Source of the DNA: an uncultured Phycisphaeraceae bacterium
Lineage (GTDB): Bacteria; Planctomycetota; Phycisphaerae; UBA1845
Assembly (NCBI GenBank): GCA_964495075.1
Contig: CAZBUJ010000010.1
Coordinates: 14,334 to 78,333, forward strand
DNA length: 64,000 nt
Reading direction: 5' to 3'
This document shows, piece after piece, positions 62,756 through 64,000 of this stretch. Each line of letters starts with the position of its first letter. Position 1 is the first letter of the stretch. The translations under genes and the position numbers were made by a program. The notes beneath the pieces were generated by a model that was not told the DNA's origin, ran no database searches, and saw only the letters and a list, made by a program, of their open reading frames with translations.

Positions 62756-63361
62756 GCCCGACTCCGGAATGGATGGACGGTCGATTGTAGCGTGCGGAAC
62801 CGCCCTTGTCGCGCCTATTTATCGACCGTCGACCGACGACCGCCGCAGCGTTTTCGCCGCGCCACGACATCCCCCGCCCGACGCGATGCAACGGGGTCGC
62901 TTCACCTGCTCCCACCTACGCGGTACGCGGCTGAAGCCGTGCGGTGTGCCTCGGCCCATCCTGTTGCTGATCGCGTTGATGGGAGGCCTGACGCCGATCG
63001 GGTTCGCGTGGCGGTCGCCGAACCGCCGCCGATATGGATCGCCTGGGTCCGCTTCGGCACCGCGGGGATCCGGCTCCGGGCAACGGTGCGGGCACTTGGG
63101 CGGCGACTGGCGTACCGCGCCAAAGACCTGCGCTGGTTAATCGGACTCGGGCTCACTGAACTACCGGCGGTTCTACATCGTGCTCGCGAGATGGGAAACG
63201 ACCCGGGCGATGGTGGTCGTCAACGGGACGTCTCTCGTGACGGTCGCCGTCGAGTGGCTCTTCTGCGACGAACGGCTCCACCGTCTACTTCTTCGTGGGT
63301 GGGGCGCTGATTGTGGCCGCCAGTGACCTCGACGTTCTCGCCAACGTCCGGCGTCGACCCG

Positions 63362-64000
63362 TTACGGCCCACAGGTCAGCACGCGGCTCGCATCGGCGCG
63401 GAGCGTGTTCACCACGTCGCGCAACCCCTTGAACGCCTCCGGCGAAATGGTCTCCTGCGAGACGTCGATCGACTGGTGCACGCGAATGCCGCTCTCCGTG
63501 ACCTCCACCCGCTGACCCGCGCTCCCCCACGCGCCTTTGACCGTCGGCACGGTGGCCGGGAGGATGTCGGCCGACCACCCGTCGGGCAGCTCGACCATCA
63601 CGTTCACGTCCTGCACGAACCGGCCGGCCAGGCCGACGTCGGTCGCCCGATAGGACTGATCCAACGGCATGGGGAAGTCCGCCAGGCAGACCGGCCCGTC
63701 ACCCAGAACGAGGACGTGCTGTGATCCCGCCTTCACGAGAGGTTCTTTGGAGGCGACGTTGACGGTGGCCCGCAGCGATTCGTCCGACAGCGTTGCGATC
63801 ACGTGGCTGGTGACGTGAAACCCGCTGGCGATCCGGCCGACCAGCCGTTCGAGCAACCGTTCCTGCTGGCCGCTCGTCTCCAGCGCGGCCGGATCGTAGA
63901 ACGCGCCGGTGAGGTGGACCCGCCATTCGCCGGCGGCGTGACCGTCCCCGTCGATCGTGACTTTTCCGCTGACATACATCCGGCTGGTGGTTTTCTCACC
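63362..64000 (-). CDS. C-terminal portion of a larger protein of unknown function (reading frame open to the window edge)
   Basis: The frame stays open upstream of the M at 63979 (the codons read GEKTTSR). Codon usage matches the genome. No family recognised with confidence. Confidence 0.45.
   Translation of the reverse strand, partial: GEKTTSRMYVSGKVTIDGDGHAAGEWRVHLTGAFYDPAALETSGQQERLLERLVGRIASGFHVTSHVIATLSDESLRATVNVASKEPLVKAGSQHVLVLGDGPVCLADFPMPLDQSYRATDVGLAGRFVQDVNVMVELPDGWSADILPATVPTVKGAWGSAGQRVEVTESGIRVHQSIDVSQETISPEAFKGLRDVVNTLRADASRVLTCGP

Noticed and set aside
62760-63360. Possible small membrane-protein gene or fragments (for example ...VYFFVGGALIVAASDLDVL...) between dapB and the last ORF
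   Set aside because: Hydrophobic stretches appear in two different frames without a continuous ORF or a start codon. This could be a frameshifted remnant, but I cannot support a call.
1-64000. CRISPR arrays, rRNA genes, transposases/integrases and prophage genes
   Set aside because: I noticed no regularly spaced direct repeats, no rRNA-like conserved stretches, and no DDE/tyrosine/serine recombinase motifs in any translated ORF. Reading by eye could miss degenerate elements.

Overview
High-GC bacterial chromosomal segment. My hand counts of single 60-nt lines give about 70% GC. Gene content fits a Planctomycetota genome best: a DUF1559 prepilin-like protein, Alternative Complex III, a dockerin/EF-hand-like secreted protein, and several membrane proteins with C-terminal zinc ribbons. 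Order of content: ACIII operon actA-B-C-D plus a partial next gene (1-6041, minus). A GT2 plus two GT-C-like membrane proteins. A SnoaL-like lipoprotein. An imuA-imuB mutagenesis pair with no adjacent dnaE2. A di-haem cytochrome c peroxidase. A convergent OmpR-type response regulator and HAMP-PAS histidine kinase. DUF1559 and dockerin-like proteins. folK, a SAM methyltransferase, an AcpH-like protein, lysS and LolCE/LolD-like ABC genes. A visibly lower-GC two-gene Type II restriction-modification island (PaeR7I/XhoI-family endonuclease plus beta-class methyltransferase). Leucine dehydrogenase. A HAMP-GGDEF cyclase. Then a co-directional nine-gene cluster (38152-46100), followed by an NhaP antiporter, a four-zinc-ribbon protein, a DUF3473-type polysaccharide deacetylase, a lysine-rich histone-H1-like protein, tRNA-Arg(TCG), a TPR protein, fliS-fliD-fliC-fliC, and dapD-dapA-dapB. 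I recognised no rRNA, CRISPR array, transposase or integrase. The main finding is the 38152-46100 cluster. It encodes three ESCRT-III/Snf7-like proteins, one of them fused to an unknown N-terminal domain. It also encodes a PspC-domain protein, a MIT-AAA ATPase with a Vps4/meiotic-clade C-terminus, an SPFH-like/beta-propeller protein, and a Ser/Thr kinase with a double zinc ribbon. A striking AT-rich inverted array of GTAATTN heptamers lies directly upstream of the ATPase gene. All homology calls come from reading the translations by eye; no database search was run. Many starts are uncertain because the ORF track uses the longest ATG/GTG/TTG ORF.
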